Source of the DNA: Octopus sinensis
Lineage: Eukaryota
Assembly (NCBI RefSeq): GCF_006345805.1
Contig: NW_021828561.1
Location: forward strand, 1-7,763
Direction of reading: 5' to 3'
Length of the DNA: 7,763 nt
Part shown: in pieces, positions 7,501 to 7,763 of the stretch
Position numbering within the stretch: the stretch's first letter is position 1
Layout of the letters: each line of letters starts with the position of its first letter
Made by a program: the position numbers and the translations under genes
The notes under the pieces: model-generated
The model's input: only the letters and a program-made list of their open reading frames with translations
Databases searched by the model: none
What the model was told of the DNA's origin: nothing

Positions 7501-7763
7501 TAAAAGAAATTGAAACTGAAAGTAAATATACAGAGAATTTAGTGCTGCACATAATGACAAAATCGCAAAGCACAAGAAGTTTTGAGAAAATTCTTGAAAG
7601 TACTATAAATCATTTTTAAGAAGAATAAAAGAAGAAAAAATGAATATTTACAAAAAGGAAAATAAAAAAAAAACAAGCAGTTATTTGAAGAAAATGGAGA
7701 ACAGTGAAGCTATTGTGAGAATGAAAAAAGAAGATGAAGTAAGAATGAAAAAGATTTGCAGAG

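Overview
AT-rich, microsatellite-dense eukaryotic non-coding DNA (intronic or intergenic). No host protein-coding gene is supported, and nearly all ORF-track entries are translations of simple repeats. The interspersed repeats resemble families I recall from octopod cephalopod (Octopus-like) genomes; this is recall, not a database result. The window holds: (i) copies of two tRNA-derived SINE families, each present as an inverted pair, plus a headless copy of a probable third family; (ii) two frameshifted fragments of the C-terminal restriction-like endonuclease (REL) domain of R4/Dong-type non-LTR retrotransposons, close to long (TAA)n arrays and absent from the ORF track; (iii) many compound di-, tri- and tetranucleotide microsatellites. 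The most interesting signal is a diverged ~350-bp tandem duplication (about 4447-5143). Each unit carries a type I hammerhead ribozyme fold on the minus strand, with a near-palindromic short stem III. Each copy has a different catalytic-core mutation (G8A in one, G12A in the other), and the two-copy consensus restores a canonical hammerhead. This architecture matches a decayed non-LTR retrozyme or hammerhead satellite (a circRNA-producing tandem repeat), or a Penelope-type pseudo-LTR.
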